Notes under the pieces: model-generated
What the model saw: the letters and a program-made list of their open reading frames with translations, nothing else
Told to the model about the DNA's origin: nothing
Databases searched by the model: none
NCBI GenBank assembly: GCA_964594155.1
Contig: CAZQLH010000004.1
Span: 1 to 57,642, forward strand
DNA length: 57,642 bases
Reading direction: 5' to 3'
From: an uncultured Candidatus Saccharibacteria bacterium
GTDB taxonomy: Bacteria; Patescibacteriota; Minisyncoccia; Portnoybacterales; UBA2143
Shown: piece by piece, positions 1-9,503 of the stretch
Layout of the letters: each line of letters begins with the position of its first letter
Position numbering within the stretch: the stretch's first letter is position 1
Made by a program: the position numbers and the translations under genes

Positions 1-947
1 TTCTTTTCATTTGATGGGATATTGTCTTTTAATTTATCCGCAGCAGTGCCGATTCTTGGAGAATAAGCAGAGATATAGGCCTGGGTAAAATTCATTTCTC
101 TGACTAAATTAACTGTGTTTTGAAATTGTTTGGCTGTTTCATCAGGAAAGCCAACAATAATATCAGTTGATATTTTTACTTGAGGTATTTTCTTTTTGAT
201 TTTTTTAATTAGTTTTTTATAATCTTGAACTGTGTAGCCGCGGTTCATTTTTTTTAATATTTCATTATCTCCTGATTGAATCGGCAGATGAATTTCTTTA
301 GAAACTTTTTTATTCTTCGCTATTATTTCAATTAATTCATCAGATATATCTTTAGGATGGGAAGTAAGAAATTTTATTGTAAAATTTCCTGGAATATCGC
401 AGATTAATTGAAGAAGCTGGGGGAAATCTATTTTTGAATCCTTATATGAATTTACATTCTGTCCTAATAATGTAATTTCTCTATATCCTTTTTTAATCAA
501 GCATTTAATTTCTTTAATAATTTCATTGGCTGAACGTGATTTTTCTCGTCCTCGGACATAAGGAACAGCGCAATAAGAACAGAAATTATTACAGCCAGTC
601 ATAATAGGAATTAAGGCGCTTTTAGACGACTTGTATTCAGGTTTATTTTTGAAATCAGCAATAGGCCAAATTTCATCAACTTGATTTTGGAATTGGCGTT
701 TATCTTTTTTCAAGATACAGCCAGTGAGGATAATTTTTGCTTTTGGATTTTGAGAGCGATTTTTTTTAATTCTGCTGTAAACTCTGTTAATGGCTGATTG
801 CCTGACAGAGCAAATATTGATAATAGCTAAATCAGCTAATCCTATTTTCTTGGTTTCTTGATATCCTTTTTTATTCAGTTGTCCAGCTATTCTTTCACTA
901 TCTGATTCATTCATTTGACAGCCATAGGTTTTAATATGGTATCTCAT
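1..947 (-). CDS. miaB: tRNA-2-methylthio-N6-dimethylallyladenosine synthase (partial, runs off left edge)
   Basis: Not in the ORF track. Reverse strand from CAT at 945-947 reads MRYHIKTYGCQMNESDSERIA...; later GCNNFCSYCAVPYVRGRE (radical SAM CxxxCxxC), typical of MiaB. Confidence 0.9.
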   Translation of the reverse strand, partial: MRYHIKTYGCQMNESDSERIAGQLNKKGYQETKKIGLADLAIINICSVRQSAINRVYSRIKKNRSQNPKAKIILTGCILKKDKRQFQNQVDEIWPIADFKNKPEYKSSKSALIPIMTGCNNFCSYCAVPYVRGREKSRSANEIIKEIKCLIKKGYREITLLGQNVNSYKDSKIDFPQLLQLICDIPGNFTIKFLTSHPKDISDELIEIIAKNKKVSKEIHLPIQSGDNEILKKMNRGYTVQDYKKLIKKIKKKIPQVKISTDIIVGFPDETAKQFQNTVNLVREMNFTQAYISAYSPRIGTAADKLKDNIPSNEK

Positions 948-986
948 GCTTTGTATATTATCTGAAAATATTGTATAATACAAGTA
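948..986. promoter_or_regulatory. Divergent promoter region with back-to-back -10 boxes
   Basis: TATAAT 974-979 lies 7 nt before ATG 987; TAATAT on the - strand (955-960) lies 7 nt before the miaB ATG. Confidence 0.55.
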
Positions 987-1721
987 ATGGAAAAAGTTTA
1001 TTTATCAGTTATCATACCGGCCTATAACGAGGAAAAACGCATAAGCAAAACTCTTTTGGATATTGATCAGTATCTAAGCAAGCAGGATTATTCTTATGAA
1101 ATTATTGTGAGTAATGACGGATCTAAAGACAAGACCGCTGAAAAAGTTAATAAGTTTACGAATATAATTAAGCATTTAAGGTTGATTGACAATAAGGAGA
1201 ATCACGGCAAGGGCTGGGTAGTGCGGCAAGGGATGTTAGAAGCTAAAGGCGAAGTCCGCTTATTTATGGATGCTGACAATGCCACCACTATTGATCATTT
1301 TGAAAAAATGATGCCTCTTTTTGAACAGGGCTATCAAATAGCTATTGGTTCGCGCGATAGCAAAGATGTAGCCGGAGCTAAGCAAGTGGTCTCGCAATCC
1401 TTTTTAAAGAGATTATTAGGCAATTTTGGAAATCTTTTAATTCAATTATTGGCTGTAGCTGGAATCTGGGACACTCAATGCGGCTTTAAGGCTTTTAATG
1501 ATAGAACTGCTAAAAGAATTTTTAAAAAATGCCAGATTGACCGATGGGGTTTTGATATTGAGGCATTGGCTTTGGCTAAAAAGTTTAATTACAAGATTGG
1601 GATTATTCCTGTTAAATGGATTAATGACCCAGATAGCCGTGTTAGCTGGAAGGGTTATCTAAACACTTTTAGGGAATTATTTAAGATTAAATGGAATTTA
1701 ATCAGCGGTAAATATGACTAA
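987..1721 (+). CDS. GT2 glycosyltransferase, dolichyl-phosphate beta-glucosyltransferase-like
   Basis: SVIIPAYNEE, NDGSKD, FMDAD, DTQCGFK and WGFDIE motifs. Confidence 0.88.
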   Translation: MEKVYLSVIIPAYNEEKRISKTLLDIDQYLSKQDYSYEIIVSNDGSKDKTAEKVNKFTNIIKHLRLIDNKENHGKGWVVRQGMLEAKGEVRLFMDADNATTIDHFEKMMPLFEQGYQIAIGSRDSKDVAGAKQVVSQSFLKRLLGNFGNLLIQLLAVAGIWDTQCGFKAFNDRTAKRIFKKCQIDRWGFDIEALALAKKFNYKIGIIPVKWINDPDSRVSWKGYLNTFRELFKIKWNLISGKYD

Positions 1722-2712
1722 ACAAAAATTTCCTTCAGAATTACGGATGGATTTGGTTTCTGGCGACTGGGTGGTTATTGCTACTGGACGGGCTCAAAGA
1801 CCAGAAACATTTGCTAAAAAGAAACGCAGCCAACAAGATATTTCATCCAAAGATTGTCCATTTTGCGATGAAAAGATTTTAAAGAAGGCAGTTTTAAAAT
1901 ATGATTATTCAGATGGATCTTGGTTTATTATTTCAATTCCCAATGATTTTCCCGCTTTTTCCAAAGGCAACCAGCTTAATAAGAGAAAACAAGGGCCTAA
2001 TAGGGTTATGGACGGCCTTGGTTATCAGGAAGTGATTATTACGGCTGATCATAAAAAACAAATAGCTCAGTTTTCCAAGGAGGAAATAAAGATGGTTATT
2101 GATACGTATCAGAACAGGTATTTAAATCTAATGCGCAATGATTTTGTTAAGTACATTTCTATTTTCCATAATCATGGCAAAGAAGCTGGCGCTTCTATTG
2201 CTCATCCTCATTCGCAAATGATTGCTATTCCTGTGCTTGATCCGGATTTAAGGAGAAGTTTAGACGGAGCAGAGAATTATTACCGAAATAATGGAAAATG
2301 CGTTTACTGTACTATGATTGATTGGGAAATCAAAGATAATAGAAGGGTAATTTACCAGAATGATAAATTTGTTGTTCTTTGTCCTTTTGCTCCTCAAGTT
2401 TCTTTTGAAGTAAGAGTTTATCCTAAGGATCACAAGCCATATTTTGAAGAAATAACTGAAAAAGAGAAAGAGTTTTTTGCTGATGCTTTACAGCAGGCAT
2501 TAAGCAGAGTTTATAAAGGGCTTAAAGATCCAGCATATAATTTCTATATCCATACAGCTCCTTGCGACAAGCAGGGCTATGAAAGATATCATTGGCATTT
2601 GAATATTCTGCCTAAAACAAGCATTTGGGCTGGTTTTGAATTGGGAGTTGGCATAGAAATTAGCACAATTGAACCGGAAAAAGCAGCTGAATTTTTAAGA
2701 AAGGTAAAATAA
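1714..2712 (+). CDS. galT: Galactose-1-phosphate uridylyltransferase
   Basis: N-terminal ELRxD..W...A..RAxRP, CPFC, and catalytic GASIAHPHSQ (HxHxQ). Confidence 0.92.
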   Translation: MTKQKFPSELRMDLVSGDWVVIATGRAQRPETFAKKKRSQQDISSKDCPFCDEKILKKAVLKYDYSDGSWFIISIPNDFPAFSKGNQLNKRKQGPNRVMDGLGYQEVIITADHKKQIAQFSKEEIKMVIDTYQNRYLNLMRNDFVKYISIFHNHGKEAGASIAHPHSQMIAIPVLDPDLRRSLDGAENYYRNNGKCVYCTMIDWEIKDNRRVIYQNDKFVVLCPFAPQVSFEVRVYPKDHKPYFEEITEKEKEFFADALQQALSRVYKGLKDPAYNFYIHTAPCDKQGYERYHWHLNILPKTSIWAGFELGVGIEISTIEPEKAAEFLRKVK

Positions 2713-3305
2713 TGGAAGCGATTTTGTCTTGGTTAGCGTCTTTAGTTTTAAATATTATTTTAAAAATAGGATATATTGGAGTAGCTTTATTAATGACAGT
2801 GGAAAGTTCTTTTATTCCTTTCCCATCAGAAATTGTTATTCCGCCAGCAGCTTATTTAGCCCAGCAAGGACAAATGAATGTTTTTTTAGTTATTATTGCG
2901 GGCATTGCTGGCAGCTTGCTTGGCGCTTTAATTAATTATTACATGGCCTATACATTAGGCCGTAAAGTGATTTATTCATTAATTAATAAACAGAAGATAG
3001 TTAAAGCAGAAAGTTATTTTTTAAAATACGGAAATGTTTCCACTTTGCTTGGCCGATTTGTTCCAGCAGTTAGGCAATTGATTTCTATTCCAGCTGGGTT
3101 TTCCCGGATGTCTTTGAAAAGTTTTATTTTATACACATCCATAGGTTCTGGCATCTGGGTTATTATTTTAACAGTTTTAGGTTATTCTTTTGGAGCTAAT
3201 CAGGAATTATTAGCTCAATACTATCAGCAAATTTCTTGGTTTTTTGTTGTTACAGCTTTAATTTTTATTACTGTATTAATTACAAAGAAAAAAAATGAAC
3301 AATAA
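2712..3305 (+). CDS. DedA family membrane protein
   Basis: ESSFIPFPSEIVIPPA and GRFVPAVRQLISIPAG DedA motifs. Confidence 0.9.
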   Translation: MEAILSWLASLVLNIILKIGYIGVALLMTVESSFIPFPSEIVIPPAAYLAQQGQMNVFLVIIAGIAGSLLGALINYYMAYTLGRKVIYSLINKQKIVKAESYFLKYGNVSTLLGRFVPAVRQLISIPAGFSRMSLKSFILYTSIGSGIWVIILTVLGYSFGANQELLAQYYQQISWFFVVTALIFITVLITKKKNEQ

Positions 3306-4083
3306 ACCTTTAATCATAGCTAACTGGAAATGCAATCCTATAACCCAAAAAGAAGTTGAACATCTTTTAAGTTCTCTTAAAAGAGATATTAAAGAATCAG
3401 CCAAAGCAGAAGTAATTATTTGCCCTCCTTTTATATATTTATCTCAAGTTAAGGATAAGGGTTTTACTGTTGGAGCGCAGAATTGCTTTTGGGAAGACAA
3501 AGGCCCTTATACTGGAGAAGTTTCTCCATCCATGCTTAAAGATTTAGGATGCGAATATGTCATTGTTGGCCATTCAGAAAGAAAGAAGTATTTTCAAGAA
3601 ACAGATGAGAAGATTAACAAGAAATTAAAAGCTGTTTTAAAAAATCGGCTTAAACCAATCTTATGCGTTGGCGAAGAAGCAAGAGACGCGTTTAATTCTG
3701 AAGGAAGGCCAGTTAATGAAATGAGCTTAATAATTGGCGAACAGACAGAAAAGGCATTAATAAATGTTCCTCAAGCTAAAATGAAAGAAATAGTTATTGC
3801 TTATGAGCCAATTTGGGCTATTTCCAGCAATACAGGAATTCCTTGCTTGCCAGATGATGCTATGAAAGCAGCTTTGTTTATTAGAAAAACATTAACTAAG
3901 CTTTATAGCAGAACTATAGCTGAAAAAGCTAAAATTATTTATGGCGGAAGCGTGAATAGCCAAAATGCAATGGATTATATTAAAGAAGCAAGAATGGATG
4001 GTGTTTTAGTTGGTTCAGCTTCGTTAAACGCGAGTGAATTTGCTAAAATCGTGGAAAAAGTTAAAGGATTTGATGAACATTAA
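3295..4083 (+). CDS. tpiA: Triosephosphate isomerase
   Basis: ANWK, GAQN, YTGEVS, VGHSER, AYEPIWAI and YGGSV motifs. Confidence 0.95.
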   Translation: MNNKPLIIANWKCNPITQKEVEHLLSSLKRDIKESAKAEVIICPPFIYLSQVKDKGFTVGAQNCFWEDKGPYTGEVSPSMLKDLGCEYVIVGHSERKKYFQETDEKINKKLKAVLKNRLKPILCVGEEARDAFNSEGRPVNEMSLIIGEQTEKALINVPQAKMKEIVIAYEPIWAISSNTGIPCLPDDAMKAALFIRKTLTKLYSRTIAEKAKIIYGGSVNSQNAMDYIKEARMDGVLVGSASLNASEFAKIVEKVKGFDEH

Positions 4084-4155
4084 CACTCTATAATTTCTTC
4101 GCGCTTTACCCTAAAGGGCTCCGACGCGTCTCAGAAATTTCAGAGTGTTAATCAA
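4079..4155. repeat. 77-bp palindromic element (MITE-like), copy 1; supplies the tpiA stop codon
   Basis: ATTAACACTCT...AGAGTGTTAAT terminal inverted repeat; 73/77 identical to 52517-52593. Confidence 0.85.
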
Positions 4156-4176
4156 TGCACGGTCTATGATAAAAAT

Positions 4177-5343
4177 ATGAAATTCCTTAGGGATTTTAAT
4201 TTTGAAGATAAGCGCGTTTTGGTTCGGGTTGATTTTAATGTGCCTTTAGGCAATGATAAACAGGTTGATGAAAAAGAGGATTGGCGTTTAAGAGCTGTTT
4301 TGCCAACTATTAATTATTTATCAAGACAAAAAGCAAAGATTATTCTTTTAGCTCATTTAGGAAGACCAAGAGGAAAAAAAGAAAAAGAGTTAATGCTTGA
4401 TCCAGTGTCTCAAAGATTAGAAGAATTGTTAAATCAAAAAATATTGAAATTAGATGATTGTATTGGCCCAGAAGTTGAAAAAAACATAGTTAAGATGAAT
4501 CCAGGCGAGATAGTTCTTTTAGAAAACCTCCGTTTTTATCCTGAAGAAAAAGAAAATTCTCCTGATTTTGCCAAACAACTGGCTAAATTAGGAGATTTTT
4601 ATGTTAATGACGCCTTTGGAACAAGCCATCGCGCCCATGCTTCAATAAATGGCTTGCCAAAACATTTGCCTAATTGCGCTGGCTTGCTTTTGGAAAAGGA
4701 AATTAAGAATCTTTCCAAGGTTTTAAATGAATTAGAAAATCCTTTATTAGTAATTATTGGCGGAGTTAAAATTTCAACTAAAATTAAATTCATTGAAGTA
4801 TTTTTAAAAAAAGCTGATAATTTAATTTTAGGAGGAGCTTTAGCCAATACAGTTATTAGAGCCAAGGGCTTTGCCATAGGCAAGTCTATTATTGAAGAAG
4901 AAATGGTTGATCAGGTTAAGAAATTAGAACTAACAAGCATTAAGCTTCATCTGCCAGTAGATGCTGTTGCTTCAGTTGATGTTTCTGGGAATAAGGATAG
5001 CCGTATTGCTCCTATTGGCAAAACAAAAGAAGATGAGATGATTTTAGATATTGGGCCAGAAAGCGAAGATCTTTTTAGAAAGATAATTTTTCAGGCTAAA
5101 GTGATTATCTGGAACGGGCCAATGGGGATTTTTGAAGTAGATAAGTTTGCTAAAGGAAGCAGGGAAATAGCTAAAGCAGTTGTTCAAAGTTCAGCTTTTT
5201 CAGTGGCAGGCGGCGGTGACACTATTGCTCTTTTAGAACAACTGAATTTATTTGATAAAATAGATCATGTTTCTACTGGCGGAGGATCAATGCTTAAATT
5301 TTTAGCAGGAGAAAAACTGCCAGGCATAGAAGCCTTAAATTGA
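4177..5343 (+). CDS. pgk: Phosphoglycerate kinase
   Basis: RVDFNVP, HLGRP, LENLRF, NDAFGTSHRAHAS, WNGPMGIFE and STGGGS motifs. Confidence 0.97.
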   Translation: MKFLRDFNFEDKRVLVRVDFNVPLGNDKQVDEKEDWRLRAVLPTINYLSRQKAKIILLAHLGRPRGKKEKELMLDPVSQRLEELLNQKILKLDDCIGPEVEKNIVKMNPGEIVLLENLRFYPEEKENSPDFAKQLAKLGDFYVNDAFGTSHRAHASINGLPKHLPNCAGLLLEKEIKNLSKVLNELENPLLVIIGGVKISTKIKFIEVFLKKADNLILGGALANTVIRAKGFAIGKSIIEEEMVDQVKKLELTSIKLHLPVDAVASVDVSGNKDSRIAPIGKTKEDEMILDIGPESEDLFRKIIFQAKVIIWNGPMGIFEVDKFAKGSREIAKAVVQSSAFSVAGGGDTIALLEQLNLFDKIDHVSTGGGSMLKFLAGEKLPGIEALN

Positions 5344-5344
5344 G

Positions 5345-7105
5345 ATGAAGTGGCAAGTAAAACCCAAAGCGCCAAGCGCTTTTTTTAAAAAATTTCCTGA
5401 ATATTCTCCTTTGATTGCGCAAATGCTTTATAACAGGGGATTAAAAACTCAACAACAAATTGATGAGTTTTTTAATTCTGACTATCAGGAAGATATTCAT
5501 GATCCTTTTTTGCTCAAAGGAATGAAAAAAGGAGTTAAGCGTATTCTCCAAGCAATTGAAAAGCAGGAAAAGATATTAATCTACGGCGATTTTGACGCTG
5601 ATGGCGTTTGTTCAGCAGCTGTTTTGTTTCTTACTCTTAAAGATTTAGGAGCTCAAAATATTAGCACATATATTCCTGACAGAGAAAAAGAAAATCACGG
5701 GCTTAATCAAAAATCAATTGAAGAAGCAGCTCAGAATAAAACAGATTTGATTATTACTGCTGATTGCGCCAGTGGCGATATTAAAGAAGTGGATTTAGCT
5801 AAATCTTTAGGAATGGATGTTATTATCACTGACCACCATCAAGTTGGAGATGAAATACCCAAAGTAATAGCTTTGATTAATCCTTGGCAAAAAGGAGATA
5901 AATATCCTTTTAAAGGATTGTCTGGGACTGGCGTTGCTTATAAGCTGGCCTGCGCTTTATTGTCTTCAAAAGGAAATAAAAACGACAATCTATTAGAGAA
6001 ATGGTTATTGGATTTAGTCGCTATAGCCACAGTAACTGATGTAGAATCAATAATTGGCGAGAACCGAACTTTGGTTAAATACGGCTTAGGCGTCTTAGCC
6101 CAAACCAAGTGGCTGGGATTAAAGAAATTAATGGAAATAGCTCAAGTCAATCCTCAAATAAATCATCATTCTTTGAATGGTGAAGCGCCTTTAACTAATC
6201 TTGATACCTATACTCTGGGCTTTGTATTGGGTCCGCGCTTGAATGCGGCTGGGCGAATTGGCCATGCTAATACTGCTTTTCGCCTTTTAACTACTCAAGA
6301 CAAAAAAGAAGCTAAAGAATTAGCCTTAAGACTTAATCAGAAAAATATTAAGCGACAGGGCTTGACTAATAGGGTTTTTAAAGAAGTTGTAAATCGTTTA
6401 GATGAAAAAATTGATCAAGGGAAAGATTTCAAGCTTGTTTTTGAAGGAAGTTCTGATTGGCCAATAGGTTTGGTTGGCTTAATAGCTGGCAAGATTAAGG
6501 ATAAATATTCCCGTCCAGCCATTATTTATCATCAAAGAGGCGATTTAATCCATGCTTCCTGCCGAAGCATTCCAGAATTTGATTTAATGGGCATGCTCAA
6601 ACAAGGCGCTAAGTTTTTTGATGATTTTGGCGGACGTTGCGGAACAGGCGGATTTAGAATGAATTCTAAAAAACTTAATCAAGTTAAAGAAAAATTTAGC
6701 CAGATAGCTGAAAAAAAATTGAGAAATATAGATGTAACTTCTGTTTTAGAAATTGATAAAGAATTATATTTAAAAGATGTTGATTGGAAGAATTATGATC
6801 AAATTCAGCGTTTTGCGCCTTTTGGAAAAGCTAATTCAGAGCCAAGATTTTTAATTAAAGGATTAGAAGTAAATAATTTAAGAGCAGTTGGCAATAATTC
6901 AGGGCACTTAAAAATGAAATTGACAATATTTGATAAGGATTCAAAAACAGCTAAAAGCTTTAATGCGATTGGATTTGGATTAGGCAAAAGAACAGAGGAG
7001 ATAAAAAAAGGAGACTTGATTGATGTTGTTTTTGAGCTTATAGTCAATGAATGGAATGGACAGCGTAATTTAGAAATAAAAGTAATTGATTTAAAATTAG
7101 CATAA
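5345..7105 (+). CDS. recJ: Single-stranded DNA exonuclease RecJ
   Basis: YGDFDADG, PDR...HGL, TDHH, IATVTDV, GPRLNAAGRI, PFGKAN and GHLK motifs. Confidence 0.93.
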   Translation: MKWQVKPKAPSAFFKKFPEYSPLIAQMLYNRGLKTQQQIDEFFNSDYQEDIHDPFLLKGMKKGVKRILQAIEKQEKILIYGDFDADGVCSAAVLFLTLKDLGAQNISTYIPDREKENHGLNQKSIEEAAQNKTDLIITADCASGDIKEVDLAKSLGMDVIITDHHQVGDEIPKVIALINPWQKGDKYPFKGLSGTGVAYKLACALLSSKGNKNDNLLEKWLLDLVAIATVTDVESIIGENRTLVKYGLGVLAQTKWLGLKKLMEIAQVNPQINHHSLNGEAPLTNLDTYTLGFVLGPRLNAAGRIGHANTAFRLLTTQDKKEAKELALRLNQKNIKRQGLTNRVFKEVVNRLDEKIDQGKDFKLVFEGSSDWPIGLVGLIAGKIKDKYSRPAIIYHQRGDLIHASCRSIPEFDLMGMLKQGAKFFDDFGGRCGTGGFRMNSKKLNQVKEKFSQIAEKKLRNIDVTSVLEIDKELYLKDVDWKNYDQIQRFAPFGKANSEPRFLIKGLEVNNLRAVGNNSGHLKMKLTIFDKDSKTAKSFNAIGFGLGKRTEEIKKGDLIDVVFELIVNEWNGQRNLEIKVIDLKLA

Positions 7106-7110
7106 ATATT

Positions 7111-7545
7111 ATGAAAACTGTAATTTACACTGATGGCGGGGCTAGGAATAATCCTGGACCAGCTGGTATCGGAGTTGTTATCCAAAAACAAAATCAAACT
7201 CTTAAAAAATACAGCGAGTTTATTGGAGAAGCTACTAATAACGAGGCTGAATACCAGGCAATTATTTTTGCTTTAAAAAAAGCAAAACTGCTTTTTGGCA
7301 AGAAAAAGACCAAAGAAATGGAAATAGAATTATATTCTGACAGTGAATTAATAGTTAAGCAAATGAATCACGAGTATAAGATCAAGGAAGCAAATCTTCA
7401 GCCCTTATTTATTAAGGCCTGGAACTTGACACTTGACTTCAAACAAGTTAGTTTTAAACATGTTCTTAGAGAGAAGAATGCAGAGGCAGATAGATTAGTA
7501 AATCAAGCGCTAGACGCAGAGGAAAAGACCCAGACGCTTTTGTAA
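7111..7545 (+). CDS. rnhA: Ribonuclease HI family protein
   Basis: YTDGGARNNPGPAG, TNNEAEY, YSDSELIVKQ and NAEADRL motifs. Confidence 0.9.
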   Translation: MKTVIYTDGGARNNPGPAGIGVVIQKQNQTLKKYSEFIGEATNNEAEYQAIIFALKKAKLLFGKKKTKEMEIELYSDSELIVKQMNHEYKIKEANLQPLFIKAWNLTLDFKQVSFKHVLREKNAEADRLVNQALDAEEKTQTLL

Positions 7546-7571
7546 GGTTAGTCAACCTAAGGTCCGACCTT
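7544..7571. repeat. AAGGTCNGACCTT-family short palindromes
   Basis: AAGGTTAGTCAACCT followed by AAGGTCCGACCTT, directly after the rnhA stop; same core as the elements at 53576-53719 and 55147-55215. Confidence 0.6.
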
Positions 7572-7587
7572 ATAGATATGCAAGATA

Positions 7588-7616
7588 TTGACAAACCATT
7601 ATTTATTTGCTAATAT
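7588..7616 (+). promoter_or_regulatory. Sigma70 promoter of rnpB
   Basis: TTGACA (7588-7593), 17 bp, TAATAT (7611-7616) with TGn extension; predicted start matches the P1 5' end. Confidence 0.75.
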
Positions 7617-7622
7617 AGGGAT

Positions 7623-8016
7623 ACCCAAGTAAGTTAGATAGTCGCCTTGATTATATCAGGGAGGAAAGTCCGGGCACCGTGACCCGCCTTTGCGCTACGC
7701 GCTACGGCGAGGTGAAAAAAGACAGTGGGTAACTCCCACCGTTCGTGAGAATAGGGAAAGTGCCACAGAAACAATGTTTCTTCTTTATTAGGGGTAATCT
7801 CCTAAAGAGAGGTAAAAGTGAAAAGTGAGGGCCTAAGAATCCTCTTCCCGCAAGGAAACTTGTCGGGATGGTAAACCCTGTCTGGTGCAAGAGCAAAGTG
7901 TGGCTCGCTTGATCCCGACGGTAACGTCGGGGCTAGATAAATGACTATCTTTACCCGCCTTCGCGCTTCGCGCTACGGCGTGGTGAAACAGAACCCGGCT
8001 TATTGCTTGCTTGGGT
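7623..8016 (+). ncRNA. rnpB: RNase P RNA
   Basis: GAGGAAAGTCCGGGC, AGTGCCACAGAAA, GGTAAACCC...GCAAG and ACAGAACCCGGCTTA conserved blocks; P1 ACCCAAGTAAG/CTTGCTTGGGT; P2 AGATAGTCG/TGACTATCT. Confidence 0.95.
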
Positions 8017-8038
8017 TTTTTATATTAAGATAAAGAAA

Positions 8039-9469
8039 ATGAAGAAATCCGAACTTATTTTCACAGCTATTTTAGTCCCTTTGGATTTTATAATGCTTTT
8101 AGGGGCTGGCTTAGCATCCTATTATCTACGAACTAATCCTTGGGTGGTTCAATATCGGCCAGTTCTTTTCTATTTAAACCTTCCTTTTAATGAATATTTT
8201 TTTATTGTTGCTATTATTTCTTGTTTTCTTTTAATTATTTTTGCCTTAATTGGTCTTTATAGGATTAAGACAGCGCGTCGGCTTTTTAATGATTTTTCTA
8301 AAATTGTTATTGGTGTTTCAGCTGGTATTATGGTTTTAGTTTTCTATGTTTTTCTTAGACAAGAGTTATTCAACTCTCGTTTTTTAGTTTTAGCTGGCTG
8401 GTTATTGGCAATTATCTTTGTTTTTTTTGGCCGGATTTTAATTAATCAATTGCAAAAACATTTAATGAGGAAATCTCATTTTGGAGCTCATCAAGTTTTA
8501 GTGGTTGGGCGAGACGGTTTAAGCAAGAAAGTGATTGATAATATTAAAACAGAGCCTAGCTTAGGTTATCAATTAGTTAGTAATTTAATTGAGCCGGATA
8601 TTAAAAAGATTAAAAGAAGAATTAAGAATAAAGAAATTGATGAGATTATTTTAACTGATCCAAACTGGCCAAAAGAAAGAGTTTTAGAATTAATTAATTT
8701 TGCTGAAGAAAATCATTTAGCTTTTAAATTTGTGCCTAATCTTTTTCAGACTTTAACATCTAATACTTCTGTTGAGATGCTTGGCGATATACCGATTGTT
8801 GAGGTAAAAAAAACAGTTTTAGATGGCTGGGGCAGGATTATTAAGAGATTGTTTGACATAGTTTTTTCTCTGTCTTTTATTATCATCTTTGCGCCAGTTT
8901 ATCTTTTAATTGCTTTATTGATTAAATTTGAATCTTCAGGGCCGGTTATTTATAAAGATTATCGTTATGGTTACAAAAAAAAGAAATTTGTTTTTTATAA
9001 ATTCCGTTCAATGAGAGCAGAGTTATGCGATGGAGAGTTTGGCACTAAACAAGGCAATAAGATGCTTAAAAAATTAGAGAAAGATAAAAAGAAAAATATT
9101 CGCCAGAGCAGTCCCTTGCATAAGATTAAAGATGATCCTAGGATTACTAAAATAGGCAAGTTTCTCCGCAATTATTCTTTGGATGAATTTCCGCAGTTTT
9201 TCAATGTTTTAAAAGGAGATATGAGCATAGTTGGATATCGGCCTCATATGTCTTATGAAGTAGAAAAATTCAATTTTAACCAACAAAGAATGTTCTATAT
9301 CAAACCAGGCATTACTGGATTGGCTCAAATCTCTGGCCGAAGCGATCTTGATTTTGACGAAGAAGTAAGATTAGACGTCTTTTATATGGAAAACTGGTCT
9401 TTAAGATTGGATTTAGTCATTATTTTAAAAACGCCTTTTGTGGTTTTGTTTAAGAGGCACAGAGTTTAA
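8039..9469 (+). CDS. Polyprenyl-phosphate glycosylphosphotransferase (sugar transferase, WcaJ-like)
   Basis: N-terminal TM helices plus KRLFDI...YKFRSM...DPRIT..G.FLR..SLDEFPQ..NVLKGDMSIVG.RP...KPGITGLAQ. Start moved to ATG 8039 because the longer ORF overlaps rnpB. Confidence 0.9.
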   Translation: MKKSELIFTAILVPLDFIMLLGAGLASYYLRTNPWVVQYRPVLFYLNLPFNEYFFIVAIISCFLLIIFALIGLYRIKTARRLFNDFSKIVIGVSAGIMVLVFYVFLRQELFNSRFLVLAGWLLAIIFVFFGRILINQLQKHLMRKSHFGAHQVLVVGRDGLSKKVIDNIKTEPSLGYQLVSNLIEPDIKKIKRRIKNKEIDEIILTDPNWPKERVLELINFAEENHLAFKFVPNLFQTLTSNTSVEMLGDIPIVEVKKTVLDGWGRIIKRLFDIVFSLSFIIIFAPVYLLIALLIKFESSGPVIYKDYRYGYKKKKFVFYKFRSMRAELCDGEFGTKQGNKMLKKLEKDKKKNIRQSSPLHKIKDDPRITKIGKFLRNYSLDEFPQFFNVLKGDMSIVGYRPHMSYEVEKFNFNQQRMFYIKPGITGLAQISGRSDLDFDEEVRLDVFYMENWSLRLDLVIILKTPFVVLFKRHRV

Positions 9470-9503
9470 AGATATAATATTAATGGAGGGTAGCTAAGAA
9501 TGT

